Assembly: GCA_038496445.1 (NCBI GenBank)
Contig: JALMLS010000627.1
Coordinates: 186,001-250,000 of the forward strand
DNA length: 64,000 nt
Reading direction: 5' to 3'
Origin: Trichosphaerium sp. ATCC 40318
Taxonomy: Eukaryota > Protista > Tubulinea
Numbering within the stretch: the stretch's first letter is position 1; each line of letters begins with the position of its first letter. Below, piece after piece: positions 12,302-26,300 of the stretch. The notes beneath the pieces are model-generated. The model saw only the letters and a program-made list of their open reading frames with translations. It was not told the origin of the DNA and searched no databases. The translations under genes and the position numbers were made by a program.

Positions 12302-12596
12302 ATAAACTTTGCTTGTACCTGATAAAATACTCGTCTTTTTTTTGTGAGTATTGTTTGAAACAATTATTGTACACAGCGGAAGAAGTCCTCAATTGACATG
12401 GTGACATAAATCGGTGTCATGTAGAGTGTCATACAACGCTATGGTACCGTCACTCGTAGTTGTGTAGTGGTAAATTTTGATTCGTTTCCGGAAGATAATT
12501 ATTGTGGGTACTGGAATTGACTGCTCTCACGTGGTTTTTTTTTTGTTACAGTTTCTTGATTGTTCAACTGATCATCGTGAATATTCGTGTTTTACA

Positions 12597-14369
12597 ATGT
12601 CTACACCAGTGCTGCCGTTTAGAGTTAAAGTAATCCAACAACGCGAGTTCGTTGCTTCAGTAGTCTGCTTGATTGTGAATAGGCACGTTTTGCATGTAGT
12701 TTGAGCACTAGTTTCCTTACGGACCGTTACAGCCGTGGAGTTGCTTTTTCAATCAAAGCACAGGAAGTTATAAGTACACTACGGCCTACTTTAGCACAGA
12801 ATGGTAGTATAAGTATTGTAAACAATATTGATAGGTAAGCAAACAATTATGGACCGTGTTCTTGTTTTTATAAGTAATGTCACGTGGCAGGTACACTGAC
12901 TTTGTTCTCCTTTCTGCTGGAACAGCTGTGGATTTGATAAACGCCATGCGACATGCTTTTGAATATACTAGTAGAGCTTGTGCTCAAAGTATGATCATTG
13001 ACGTTCCAGATGGTAAGCAACAATCAGGCCATCATTTTCATAGAAATAGAAAAAGAATCGGTCCTTTGTTTTGGCTTTCGTCGTTCTTACACAATAGTAA
13101 GGTAGGCGCCCTTTTGGTACAGATATTACTATTGAAGCATTCAATAAGGCTATCATGAGTTTCTGGGTATCTGAACCAGTGGGTAGCAAAAACATTACTA
13201 TTATTTTTAACACTACATCCGAATCACAAGCAGCACTGTACAAAAACAGGTTTCGCAGGTTTATAAATGTCAATAACAACAAACATGCATTGCGACCGCC
13301 TCTGAGTAATAGCTACAACAATGTACCAGCGCCCAAACATGATGTCTCTGGTTACTCTAAAGATTACGCCCGCAATTATGGTTCGAAGTCAGTATCAGCA
13401 ATGCAACACTATCCTTTGAAAGAAGACCCAAACGTATTCGAGAAAAGAAGGTATAACAATGGGCCATCACTTTATCCCTCACTAGACAACCCTGGTTCTC
13501 ACTCGGCAATCAGACATCCAAAACAAAGTAAAATGGACAATCACCGACAAGGCTACAGACCTAGTAAACGCCAAGATAACGTAAATCAGCGTCAACGAAA
13601 GGAACACCAACAATTTCAACGACATGAACATCGAGATCATATTAATGCTTCACGTGAACGCAAACACAGACCTGTACCACGACAACAGTACTAAACACCT
13701 TTCATTCTTACTAATTTTGTGCACATTAATTAACTAGTGTTAGGGCTCCTAACCCAAGACGGCGTAAAATAGACTCCGCAGTAAACTACCTTTTACAAAA
13801 TCTGGAAGAAGAAGCGCAGCTCACAGCTGACTTGTTGACTCCTCGTCCATCAAAAAAAAAGAAAAAAAGAGTTCTTGTAAGGGTTGCGCGAGATGAGGAC
13901 AGCAGAGCAAATCAAAGGCATGAAAGAGGGTCTAGATTCAACGCTAGGAATAGGAGGTCAATGGACGCGATGAAGAAGTTTCGCAGCCTCGAAAAGTCAT
14001 TTGGAAAGGTCCGACTCTTTTTTCTTCTTTTTTTCTTTTTTTCTTTTGCTTGTTGATTACAAACCTTAGCCTGGCGCACCGGTATCAAGGCATTTTGTTG
14101 AGGAAAGAATGCGTAATTATGGATATGAAGGATCTAACTTTGAAATATTATATAATATGCGTCTTGAGGAGTGTGAGAAGGATTTCTTTCGTAGGTTTCA
14201 GAAAGGCCATAATTATCCCATGGTAGAACATTTTGTTTATCAAGTGCTCGTTAAAGACGTTCAGTATTGCAGAGAGATTCTATTTTTTATCATCCAAAAG
14301 CTATTAAAGCGTTTAGGTTACAAGTATGACGTTGTACAATCAATGATTCGAAAGCATTGTACTCCTTGA
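12597..14369 (+). CDS. Hypothetical multi-exon protein with low-complexity basic middle region
   Basis: ORF segments 12877, 13155, 13832 and 14109 joined by GT-AG introns; no recognised domain. Confidence 0.55.
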
Positions 14370-14761
14370 GGTAAGGACTGTCATTTTTTTAAATAAAACA
14401 CCTCTGGGTTTTCTACATGTAGCATCAGTGGAATAATAATTTAGAGCTGAACTTTCTCGATCTGAAAAGAATGTGTCTTTGCACTGCCTAAAGAAAGCAG
14501 ACAAAAGGTAACCTCCTAGTGTACATAAAAATGCTGCAATGACTCGTTGGGATCAATAGGCGCTAATCATATTGTGATTACATTTTTTTCTGGCTTGCCA
14601 CTTGGATTTGACAGCTTCTGGCAGCCAACTTTGTACAGATGAAAGTTTTAACAACACGACAAGTGAATAATAACCGTCATAACACAACAAGTACAGATAA
14701 GGTAAATCTACATTTGTGACATTTTAGTTACAAGACAAAGTGTGGAATGACCATACAATGA

Positions 14762-17700
14762 CACAAGTTGGTACGCCAATTAGCCTTTTATGGAAGTTAC
14801 TTTTGTACCGCGAGTTTTCTTCATTGCACGGTACAAGGTTGTAGCAGCGGTTTAAGTAAAAGAACGAGCTAGTATTCAACCATAAACAGCTTATAATCTT
14901 CATAAACGTTAGCAATCTATCGACTGAGGCTATCGTTACCTCAGTACAGGCTAGAAGGTGAGATAAACCCAAAAAAAACTACGTCACCAACAAAAAGTCT
15001 GATTTGACCGTTTTGTACTTACCCGAAGATTGCAGTAAGGACAAAAAAAAACAACATGAACTTCTTCAGAGTGGGCATTGTACGTCTACAATTCATTATC
15101 TGCAATCTAACGTTACTTTTAAAGACGCTCGCGTTTGTTGCATTCCTTGCACTTACTGTTCGTGCTCAATTAGATATACAAGAGGATGATACTATTAACC
15201 ATGTTATCTCTGGTTCATTTACACGCCTCGGGTCTTTCGAAACTGGTGAGTTGAGTTTCACATTTTTTTTTGCGGTTTTTGGAATTAGGTGACTTGGGAA
15301 AAGTGAAGGAAGGTGCTACCGCGGTTTGAAGTACCCGTAGTTCTCCTACATTCCCCCCAACTAATTAATTGCCATTATTTACTAAACGTACTGCAAAGGA
15401 TTTGGGTTCGCTGCGCTTAAAGGAGGTAGTTTCATCACTGAAGACATCTCGCCTCCTCCATATTCGGGTTCTAACAACGAGAATGTAAACGACATTATCG
15501 TTACTCCTTCTGGTATCATTTTCGTTGCTATTGAGGAATATGTGTTCCAATTCACACCAGAAAACAATGAATGGTTACAAGTTGGTGAGAAATTCAAGTA
15601 CGCTCTCCCCTTTCACACCAAATTACGCCATATTTACTCAAAAAAAACCCTTGCCTCAACGCACAATAGCAGATTCATCAAAAAAAAAACCAACCAAAAA
15701 CAACTTTTTATTTGTTTCTTTGTTTGTTGCGTTAAATACTTCAAATGAAACTAACTGTTGACTCTTTAGCTCAGACGTGCGCGCACTTGCGTGGGACGCA
15801 GCTTCAAACCAAATCTATGCTTGTGGTGGCTTCTCTAGACTTGAGAGTTACACTAACATTGCTGTGCACAATACTGCTGACGTACGCTACAATTACACCA
15901 TTCTAGAAAATACGTTTTAACATGTTGGTGTAGAGCACTTTTATGAATCTTTGGGCCGAAATAGCAGTTAATGTTACTGGCACTCCTCTGTGTGATGTTG
16001 GTGGTCTATTTTTTATTCCAGGTGCAACCAACGGCATTGAGCTCCTTATTCAATCCGGCTCCCGATTATGGTGGCAAAACGATCTGACATGGACAAACGA
16101 CAGAAACAGTGTCAATGTCTCCAGCAACTTGCTTACCGACACAGTTAATTTGAGAATGTGGCGCGAAACCGAGAACACTGGAGTAATCTATGTCACAAAT
16201 CCCAATGGATTTACACTTAATGTTACTGGTCAAAACGCCAGCGACATTTGGGATGTCATCTCAACAACTGGTACGAGTTTTAAAACGACGTTATCTACTT
16301 TCTGATTCAATTTTTGTCTGACATTCTATTTAGATGGTGTTGAGTTTACAGGTGTATTCCGTTCTGAAAAGTTTGCCGATATCGATGTAGAGATCAGGAA
16401 CAATCCTGAAAACACAATCACTTATTTTACAAGAAACGCTAATACACGTGTGTATGCTGTTGATGAAGCATCCAGCACAATCTACTTTGCTGCCACAAGA
16501 ACCACAACTCAACTTGATCCTGATCGGGAAAACCAAGTAAACGGTACAGAGCAAGTAACTTACACAAGAGTTGGTCTATTCTCTGCTTCCACAACAATCC
16601 AAACACCTCAAACTTCCGAACAAGTTACAGCCCTCGGTGAAGTATTTTCTGCCGACACCTGTATCTACAGTATGTTCTACGTTGGCAAACTTGTCTTGGC
16701 AGTTGATGATGATTGTACATACCAAAAACGAGTTGCTTTGACTGCGGCCAACATTGGTCTCATTGGATCCAAATGTGGTCAAACTGGTGCTGCCGTCAAT
16801 AGAAATGGTGCTTGTTACACCAACCCTGCCTATGCTATTAACACAAGGTATGTTTTTTTGACCGTTTATTTCTGATATTTCACACTTATCGTTACAAATA
16901 GGTTGAGCAACTCATTCTTGGAGTTGACAGATGCCAACACACTTGTACCAACACTCGGTGGTGGTGTTACTGGAACTGTTTCTGCAGTTACTTTGAGAGA
17001 AGGTTCTAATGATATGCTCTACATTATTGGTGGAGGTGTTACAGAAACTTGGAACACCACAGCATATGGATTAGCCGCTTTGGTCACAAGAGATGGAGAA
17101 TGTACGCCATTTTTTATGCATTTTCTTTTTCAGAGAGAAAACAATCGCTGTGTCAAACCCAAACCACTTTCAGTAAAAAAAGCGACCCTCCTTACTTCTA
17201 CAATCTTTGTTTTTTTGTTTATTATTGTCTAGCATTCTATGCATCCATGTTTAACCCAAGAATTGTGGTTTCCAATGAATTTTATGTATCCAATTACAAT
17301 GGTATACGGGAGGTTCTAGAATTCGACAATGAGATCTTTGTTGCTGGACAATTTGCCTACCTTGGTCTCAACGGTAATGCTTCTTACACATATTAATACC
17401 TTTTTACTTACAACTCTTGTGTTTGTTTAGGAAACACAACATTCAATTCAATTGCAAAACTAAATGTATCTGATGGAACATTTATGCCTTTGGGTTCTGG
17501 AAGTACGTACTCGTTTTTTAATAATTGTTGTTCATGGTTTGAACTACTTTTGTTTCTTTTGTGTTGTTGCTTTATATATTAACTCTTTGTTTGTAGTTGT
17601 TGACAGAACAGTGGTTGGACGTGATTTCCATGATGACTACATCGTTGCCCCTGGTATTGGTACGTCAATATGATACTATTTGTTATTTTTTTTCCTAAAT

Positions 17701-18825
17701 GTTTGCTTTCTGTAGTATCTGATATGGTTGGTTTTGGCGGTAAATTGTATGTTGTTGGTACCTTCACCACAGTTGATGGCCTTTCTTGCGGAAACTTTGC
17801 CATTTATGATGTAAACACAAACCAATGGACAGTTCCTTCTGCTGGTGAGTAAACAACCTTGTTTTTGAACAGTTTCTATTTTAATAGTGTTCCATTCTCT
17901 AATACATTCATTAAAGGTGGTTTTGATAGCGGACTTACCTCTATTGAATTCTATAGAGGACGTTTTATTATTGGAGGTTCTTTTTCGTTTGCTGGTAGCC
18001 TCAGAACACCAAATGTTGTTGCATACAATATACAAACAGAAAGATATGAAAGAATGAATTCTGGTCTCCTTGGAAGTGTACGTGACTTGCAAGTTTTACC
18101 AGGTAACTCCCTGGTTGCGCTCGGTCGATTCTCTTTATTAGCAGGTTTCAGTACTGTATCTATTGGTACGTTGTTTTACGGTCTCAACCTTAACTTCATT
18201 TGTTTTTTTGTACACGTGTACTTACATGTTTTGTTAAGCTGAGTTCAAAGACGACATTTGGCGCTCTTTGGATTGCCAATGCACAGATGTTGGTTGTCGT
18301 TTTGATAATGTGGGTTACGAATGTATTCCAGTCAGTGGCACAGGATACACTTTAAATATTGTTGAGAAAAATGCGTTTATCGTCCACTCTACTGGTTTTT
18401 ACAGAATGTCTACACGAGACCCTAGCTTCCCACCACAAGAAATCGACAATTTTCTTGATGGCGCACTTACTGACAGGCGGGTTGCTTCCACAAGAGGTAT
18501 CAATGGCCTTCCAAGTGGCGCAGTGGTAAGCATAAAAAAAGAAAAGAACCAAAGAGTAACCTAATGACATCTATTTTTAGGTCATGGTATATGGCACACT
18601 TCAATCATCCGGAGAACCAAATGGTGCAGGTGGTGTAAATGTATTGCTTGATGAACGCAATGTTGCACGTAACCCATTTGGTGGTATTAGAGAGAATGTT
18701 GATATTGTTATATCTGATTTCTCAACACCAAGAATATTCAATTCTGTTGGAAAACTTGCTGTATCTGCTGTTCTCGGTTTGGTTTGCATCTTTGCTCTTT
18801 TGTTGTAAACAGCTTAGCAATAAAT
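14762..18825 (+). repeat. Copy A of ~4.06-kb direct duplication (promoter to poly(A) signal)
   Basis: Begins CACAAGTTGGTACGCCAATTAGCC, ends TAAACAGCTTAGCAATAAAT; same termini at 23373 and 27431. Confidence 0.95.
15056..18808 (+). CDS. ~900-aa GPI-type beta-propeller surface glycoprotein (Rax2-like blades), copy A
   Basis: Signal peptide TLAFVAFLALTVRA; blades KLYVVGTFTTVDGLSCGNFAIYD..W and IIGGSFSFAGS; many NxS/T sequons; hydrophobic C-terminus SVGKLAVSAVLGLVCIFALLL* with no cytoplasmic tail; ~14 GT-AG introns. Confidence 0.8.
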
Positions 18826-19089
18826 GACTTAACACGTTTTCTTATTATGCTTTTCCTTCCTTCCCTTGCTTTCCTCAGCAGTACCTGGTTGACGTTTATT
18901 CTCCTACTAAGTTGCAGGTATGATAGTAAACCACACTGCCTTTGTAAGTTACTATGACATTGGCTTTTGCTTGTTAAATATTCTCAATCTTTCACGCAAT
19001 TGATTGATCGTCTAGTAGTTTGGTTTTTATTTAAAGTTAATAATTCTTAGAGGTGTTAGCCTACAGTTGATAATCCCCATATCTCATTT

Positions 19090-20692
19090 CTAAATTTTCC
19101 AGACAACATCTACTTTGGCATCTTTTAACACATTAACAGCTTCTTCTGTAACGTTGGTGCAATTCTCAAGATAAATTGATTGTACACATTTTAACTCTTT
19201 TACTCCCTCATCTGTTATTTGTTCACAACCCATGAGAGTAATGTTATGGCACCCTCTCAGCACTTTGATACCTTCGTCATTTACTAGGGTATAAGATAGA
19301 TCTATCGTGTGAACCCCTTCAAGTGCTTTTAAGCCTTCTTGTGTTATTCTTCTACAACCCCGAATATTAATGTTGTGAACCCCTTTTAGAGCTTTGATGC
19401 CTTCATCACTTACTGAAGTATAACACAAATTAATGTTATGAACTCCTCCTAGCGCCTTGATGCCTTTATCACTTACTAAAGTATTAGATAGGTCAATAGT
19501 ATGGACGCCAGCAAGGTGTTGTAGCCCTTCATCTGTCACTTGACAATTGTAAGGTAAATCGAATAAACTCCTTTTAGCGCCTTGACGCCTTCTCCAGTTA
19601 CTGAAGTATTTGAAAGATTAATAGTATGAACACCACCTAGTTCGCTTATGCTTTCATCTGTTATTTGCTTACATCTTTCAAGATTAATAGTATGAACACC
19701 TTTTAGTGCTTTAACACCTTCATTTGAAACAAATGTTCCACGAAGATCAATTGTGTGAACGCCAGCTAACAACTCGATTCCATTGTCTGAGACGTACATA
19801 CACCCACTGAGATCAACAGAGTGAATGTTTTGAGCAATTGCTGCAAGATCATAATCTGTACATTGTGAAGTCATTCTAAAGTTTTTACATCCAGGCAATA
19901 ATGAGTAAATACTGAAACGCTTAAGATTAAGTAGTGAAATCTGACTATTGTTCATCACACCCTTGTACTCTTGTATCTTTAGAAAATCTTGTAAATTTGA
20001 AGGGAACACGTGTTTGTATCCAACAATATCATGAATAATATCAGCAAAAACACTACAAGATTGAGCAGCAGAATATCTTGAACGTGAATCTGTATAATCT
20101 AGAATATTTGAAAGAACCTCAGGTGGAAGACCTAGAATACTTTTTTCCTTTTGTTGTGTTGATTTTGTAGGATCACTAGTTCAAGTCAGAAGAGAACCTA
20201 TGTAAGCAAAGGTGAATTGTTTTTTGAAACCAAACTTTCCAGGAAAATAAAAACAGAAGTTACAAAAAACCTACTTGCTACCTTGGAGAATCTGCGATAA
20301 GGCTCATATGTGAGGTTGTACACGGCTCTCCTAAAAACCTCACACATGACCTCACTCACAAAGGGTAATTGTTAAAGTTGATTTTCTTTCAAAAGGCAAG
20401 GAGGCTTGAAAGAGCAAATCTCGTACAGTATCTTTTGTTTGATTCTTGGAAGCGTGAGATCATCAATCCTGTCAGAAGATACAGTCTTACGACTATGTGT
20501 GCCAGTGTTGTGTTTGTAGAGAACGTTATCAAGTTGTTCTTCTAAATTTGCGTTTACAGCGTTCAAAACACTCCCAACTTGTTTTACTAGCGTTTGGTGG
20601 TGTAATGGATCTATGATTTTATTGTACGCTTTCGCGTGGTTATCGCGATAGTATTTTAATGCTTGTTTTACTGTAACACCTAAAAAACTCAT
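19090..20692 (-). CDS. N-terminal helical domain + F-box + ~11 LRR protein; one frameshift near 19550
   Basis: MSFLGVTVKQALKYYRDNH... exon; F-box ILGLPPEVLSNIL...AQSCSVFADIIHDIVGYK at ~20020-20140; ORFs 19536-20009 and 19090-19539 join if one T is restored (CTTAC to CTTTAC). 5' splicing uncertain. Confidence 0.75.
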
Positions 20693-21392
20693 GAGGTTCA
20701 CTTGATGTAGATTGTGATAAATAACTGATTTTAAGCCACGTGATTCGGAAAAAAATTGCACGTGACAAGTTGTATAGTAGTTGTTCAAGTCAACAAAGCT
20801 AGATCGTATAACAGAGCTGTAGTACGCACAAGAGGCACAGATACAAGCTTTGCTTGTTTATCAAATAACAGCTTTGCATTTGATTGTGAACCTCAAAATG
20901 CCATTACAGTCCAGAGTGTTGTTCCTGTTATTGTTAGAGCAAGTTGAGTTTGCTTTAATTACAATGTTATTGTACCTGATGAAAGCAAGTGTCGCCTAAC
21001 TCACATGCAGCCATTGATGGTGAACACTTAATGGCTACCAAAGTTGTTGCAAAATTGAATGATAGACAATGTTCAAGCGCCTCACAAATGACCATTTCGA
21101 TCAACAGTGAGTGCTATACTATTCGCATCATATATTCAATATCATAGTTGTTTTCAGGCATCTCAACAACCCTCTTGCCTTCACCTGCACAATACTGTTA
21201 ACATTTAAAACACGCAATATTATACTTCTTGTGCATATAAACTTCTTTTATACTTTCCAGCCCCTACAACACTCCATTTACACTACCTATGCTATTTGGT
21301 AGATCATTCGCAAAATGTACCCAAATAATGCTGCCTTTAGAAGTCACTTTATTTGGTTATTAAGTTCAGTTGTCTTTTAATTTTACTTCTGT

Positions 21393-22499
21393 CTAACGGT
21401 AAATATTACAAGCGTTGGACAGAACTTTAATCCCTTCATCTGTAATCTTGTCACAAGCTCTCATAAAAATAGTATCAACACCAACAAGTGATTTAAGGCC
21501 TTCATCAGTAATATTCCCACACCAATCAAGGTGAATAGTGTGAACCCCTGCCAAAGCTTCTAATCCTTTATTTGTGACAAGAGTTTTTTTGAGGTCAATT
21601 TCATGAACTCCTGCCAAACACTTTATTCCGTCATCTGAAATGCCAAAACAGTGCTCAAGATCAATGGTGTGAACACCTTTGAGTGCTTTCAAACCTTCAT
21701 CTGTTATGCCAGTGCACATAAGCCCAATAGTATGAACGCCTGTCAATGCTTTTATTCCTTTGTCTGTGATACCAGTACGTCCAACATTAATACTATAAAC
21801 ACCAGCTAATGCTATTACACTTTCATCTGTAACGTCAGTGAACGCAAGGCTAATTGTGTGAACACCTGCCAGCGATGTAACACCTTCATCACTAATACTC
21901 TTACACCCTTCAAGACAAATTGTATGAACACCACTAAGAGCTTTTAACCCTTCATCTGTAACACAAGTAGCTGCAAGGTTAATATCATGAACCCCTGATA
22001 AACACTTTATTCCTTCATCTGTAATACTCTTACACAGACGAAGATTTATCACGTGAACACCTGAAAGTGCTTTCAAACCTTCATCTGTAATTCTACAGAA
22101 AGAAAGGTTAATTGTATGAACGCCAGCAAGTGCTTTTACACCTTCATCTGTTATCTTCTTACAAAATCTAAGATTAATATTGTGAACGCCTGCAAGTGCC
22201 TTGACTATTGAGTCTGTAACATTTGCACTCAGCCGAAAATCAATATTTTGAATGCCTGCGAGAACTTTAAGTTTCCCATCACACACTGCGTTTGTCACTC
22301 TAACTTGAGTATGCTGTAGAGCTCCTTTATACTTTATAAAAGTCAGTACACTATCTATAGTCTTTAATGTCGCTCTTTCGTATCCAATGATATCATGAAC
22401 AATGGCAGAAAGAGTGCGACAGCTCTGAGCAGCTGGATATCGTGATACAGTTGTAAAACAGAGAATATGTCCCAAAATCTCATTTGGTAATCGTAGCAT
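21393..22499 (-). CDS. F-box + ~13 LRR protein, intact
   Basis: MLRLPNEILGHIL...AQSCRTLSAIVHDIIGY, then GVHxIxL...TDEGxKAL units; TATA-like TATAAAAAG upstream (~22603-22611, minus strand). Confidence 0.88.
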   Translation of the reverse strand: MLRLPNEILGHILCFTTVSRYPAAQSCRTLSAIVHDIIGYERATLKTIDSVLTFIKYKGALQHTQVRVTNAVCDGKLKVLAGIQNIDFRLSANVTDSIVKALAGVHNINLRFCKKITDEGVKALAGVHTINLSFCRITDEGLKALSGVHVINLRLCKSITDEGIKCLSGVHDINLAATCVTDEGLKALSGVHTICLEGCKSISDEGVTSLAGVHTISLAFTDVTDESVIALAGVYSINVGRTGITDKGIKALTGVHTIGLMCTGITDEGLKALKGVHTIDLEHCFGISDDGIKCLAGVHEIDLKKTLVTNKGLEALAGVHTIHLDWCGNITDEGLKSLVGVDTIFMRACDKITDEGIKVLSNACNIYR

Positions 22500-23372
22500 A
22501 AAGCACTCTGAACTGTGTAATGGCTCTCTGTTGATAGTTAATGTCGAATGTACATTAAATTGTGAAATTGTGCCTCAAAGATGCCATACTAGGCTTGTGT
22601 CCTTTTTATACTCTTTGTGTAATTCACCACAAGTCACTACGCAAATAGTAGACCATTGTCATAGGGTTAGTAAACAACAGACGCCGAACTACAGTCAAAC
22701 AAAATCTATTTATTTCGCACGTGGCCACAACTCTACCAAACGCGATGGAAACACCTTAAATATTACAACAACATTGATTGATGTTTTAATCAACCAGACA
22801 ACGCGTGAAGAAACAAATAAAAAGATTTATTTCGTTACAAGTCTTTGTTAAATGCGTGTCGTGATGTGCTCTGAAAAGTGAGCACTTTGGACGATTTCTG
22901 TACGTCTCCTTTATTTTTCGTGTCTTGTAGTTATTTAAACTCAAGAACGTATACAGTGGCTTCTACAGTATCTCCGTTTTTAACGACATGTTCCATCGAC
23001 AACATTGGTTGTTATTTTCTCTAACGAGACAGATTGTAGCAGAAGAGGAAACCTCTTTGCTCAGAATTACAGAAATGTATTGCTTTTGTTGCGACTAACT
23101 ATGATTCGGTTGTCTTATCACGTGTTGGATGTAAACACCTAGAGTCATACCAGGTATAATGCCAATCTCGCTCGCAAGGTTGGGTGGTTTTTCCAAGCAT
23201 CAACCAACAGGCAACACTGATGGAGTGTACGTCTACTTAGCGAAAAACAAACAATAACTTCGAAAAAGAGGCAATTTGTTGGTTCACTAAGTAACCTATC
23301 AGATAAATCTACTAAAAAGAAACGAGGTTGGGTTGGGTAGTGGTGACAGACATAACGTGAAAAATAGCCACG

Positions 23373-26300
23373 CACAAGTTGGTACGCCAATTAGCCTTTT
23401 ATGGAAATTTTTTGTACCGCGCGTTTTTTCTTCATTGCACATAGCAGCTGGTATAACCACAATTGTGCAATCGCCTTTACAACTTAAAGGCGAAATATCT
23501 AACGCTAACGTTAGTAAACTACCAACTGAGCCTATCGTTACCTCAGTACAGGCTAGAATAGGCGAAATAAACCAAAAAAAAGTACGTCACCAACAAAAAG
23601 TCTGATTTGACCGTTTTGTACTTACCCGAAGATTGCAGTCAGGACAAAAAAAAACAACATGAACTTCTTCAGAGTGGGCATTGTACGTCTACAATTCATT
23701 ACCCGCAATCTAACGTTACTTTTAAAGACGCTCGCGTTTGTTGCATTCCTTGCACTTACTGTTCGTGCTCAATTAGATATACAAGAGGATGATACGGTTC
23801 ACCACACTTTTGCTGGTCAATTTACACGCCTCGGGTCTTTCGAAACTGGTGAGTTGAGTTTCACATTTTTTTGCGGTTTTTGGAATTAGGTGACTTGGGA
23901 AAAGTGATGGAAGGTGCTACCGCGCTTTCCTTTCAACGTTACTTGCATACCCGTAGTTCTCCTGCGTTCCCCTCATTTCTAAATTGTAACCTTGCCTTGT
24001 TCCGTTTACTAAACGTACTGCCAAAGGATTTGGGTTCGCTGCGCTTAAAGGAGGTAGTTTCATCACTGAAGACATCTCTCCTCCTCCTGGTGTTGGTGTT
24101 TCAGGTGACAATGTAAACGACATTATCGTTACTCCTTCTGGTATCATTTTCGTTGCTATTGAGGAATATGTGTTCCAATTCACACCAGAAAACAATGAAT
24201 GGTTACAAGTTGGTGAGAAATTCAAGTACGCTCTCCCCTTTCACACCAAATTACGCCACATTTACTCAAAAAAGAGTAAACCGAAACATAGCCGCACAAC
24301 GAATTATTACAAAAACAGCTTTTTATTGTTTACCTTTGTTTCTTGTTGCGTTAAATACTTCAAATGAAACTAACTGTTGACTCTTTAGCTCAGACGTACG
24401 TGGGCTTGCTTGGGACTCAGCTTCAAACCAAATCTATGCTTGTGGTGGCTTCTCTAGACTTGAGAGTTACACTAACATTGCTGTGCACAATACTGCTGAC
24501 GTACGCTACACTTACCATTCTAGAAAATACGTTTTAACATGTTGGTGTAGAGCACTTTTATGAATCTTTGGGCCGAAATAGCAGTTAATGTTACTGGCAC
24601 TCCTCTGTGTGATGTTGGTGGTCTATTTTTTATTCCAGGTGCAACCAACGGCATTGAGCTCCTTATTCAATCCGGCTCCCGATTATGGTGGCAAAACGAT
24701 CTGACGTGGACAAACGACAGAAACAGTGTCAATGTCTCCAGCAACTTGCTTACCGACACAGTTAATTTGAGAATGTGGCGCGAAACCGAGAACACTGGAG
24801 TAATCTATGTCACAAATCCCAATGGATTTACACTTAATGTTACTGGTCAAAACGCCAGCGACATTTGGGATGTCATCTCAACAACTGGTACGAGTTTTAA
24901 AACGACGTTATCTACTTTCTGATTCAATTTTGTCTGACATTCTATTTAGATGGTGTTGAGTTTACAGGTGTATTCCGTTCCGAAAAGTTTGCCGATATCG
25001 ATGTAGAGATCAGGAACAATCCTGAAAACACAATCACTTATTTTACAAGAAACGCTAATACACGTGTGTATGCTGTTGATGAAGCATCCAGCACAATCTA
25101 CTTTGCTGCCACAAGAACCACCACTCAACTTGATCCTGATCGGGAAAACCAAGTAAACGGTACAGAGCAAGTAAGTTACACAAGAGTTGGTCTGTTCTCT
25201 GCTTCCACAACAATCCAAACACCTCAAACTTCCGAACAAGTGACAGCCCTCGGTGAAGTATTTTCTGCCGACACCTGTATCTACAGTATGTTCTACGTTG
25301 GCAAACTTGTCTTGGCAGTTGATGGTGATTGTACATACCAAAAGCGAGTTGCTTTGACTGCAGCCAACATTGGTCTCATTGGATCCAAATGTGGTCAAAC
25401 TGGTGCTGCCATCAATAGAAATGGTGCTTGTTACACCAACCCTGCCTACGCTATTAACACAAGGTATGCCTTGTTTGGTTAAAAACCATTGATTTCTGAT
25501 ATTTCACACTTATCGTTACAAATAGGTTGAGCAACTCATTCTTGGAGTTGACAGACGCCAACACACTTGTACCAACACTCGGTGGTGGTGTTACTGGAAC
25601 TGTTTCTGCAGTTACTTTGAGAGAAGGTTCTAATGATATGCTCTACATTATTGGTGGAGGTGTTACAGAAACTTGGAACACCACAGCATATGGATTGGCC
25701 GCTTTGGTCACAAGAGGTGGAGAATGTACGCCATTTTTATGTTTTTCGCTTTCTTTTGAAAGAAAAGATTCGCTGTACAAGCCCAAACCACTTTCAGTCA
25801 AAAAAGCGACCTCCCGCCCTACTTTTAGTTCCTATTGGTCGTTGCTTATGCGCTTCTAGCATTCTACGTATCTATGTTTAATCCAAATATTGTGATTTCA
25901 AGTGTTTTCTACGACCAGCAATATGATGGCATCTTTAACGTTCTAGAATACAACAATGAGATCTTTGTTGCTGGACAATTTGCCTACCTTGGCCTCAACG
26001 GTAAGTGCTTCTTACACATATTAATACCTTTTTACTTACAACTCTTGTGTTTGTTTAGGAAACACAACATTCAATTCAATTGCAAAACTAAATGTATCTG
26101 ATGGAACATTTATGCCTTTGGGTTCTGGAAGTACGTACTCTTTTTTTAATAATTGTTGTTCATGGTTTGAACTACTTTTGTTTCTTTTGTGTTGTTGCTT
26201 CTTTATATATTAACTCTTGTTTGTAGTTGTTGACAGAACAGTGGTTGGACGTGATTTCCATGATGACTACATCTCTGCTCCTGGTTCTGGTATGTAACAT

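Noticed and set aside
15193-17330. Diversity-generating retroelement behind the variable patches
   Set aside because: Differences are not adenine-specific, and there is no template repeat or RT gene in the window.
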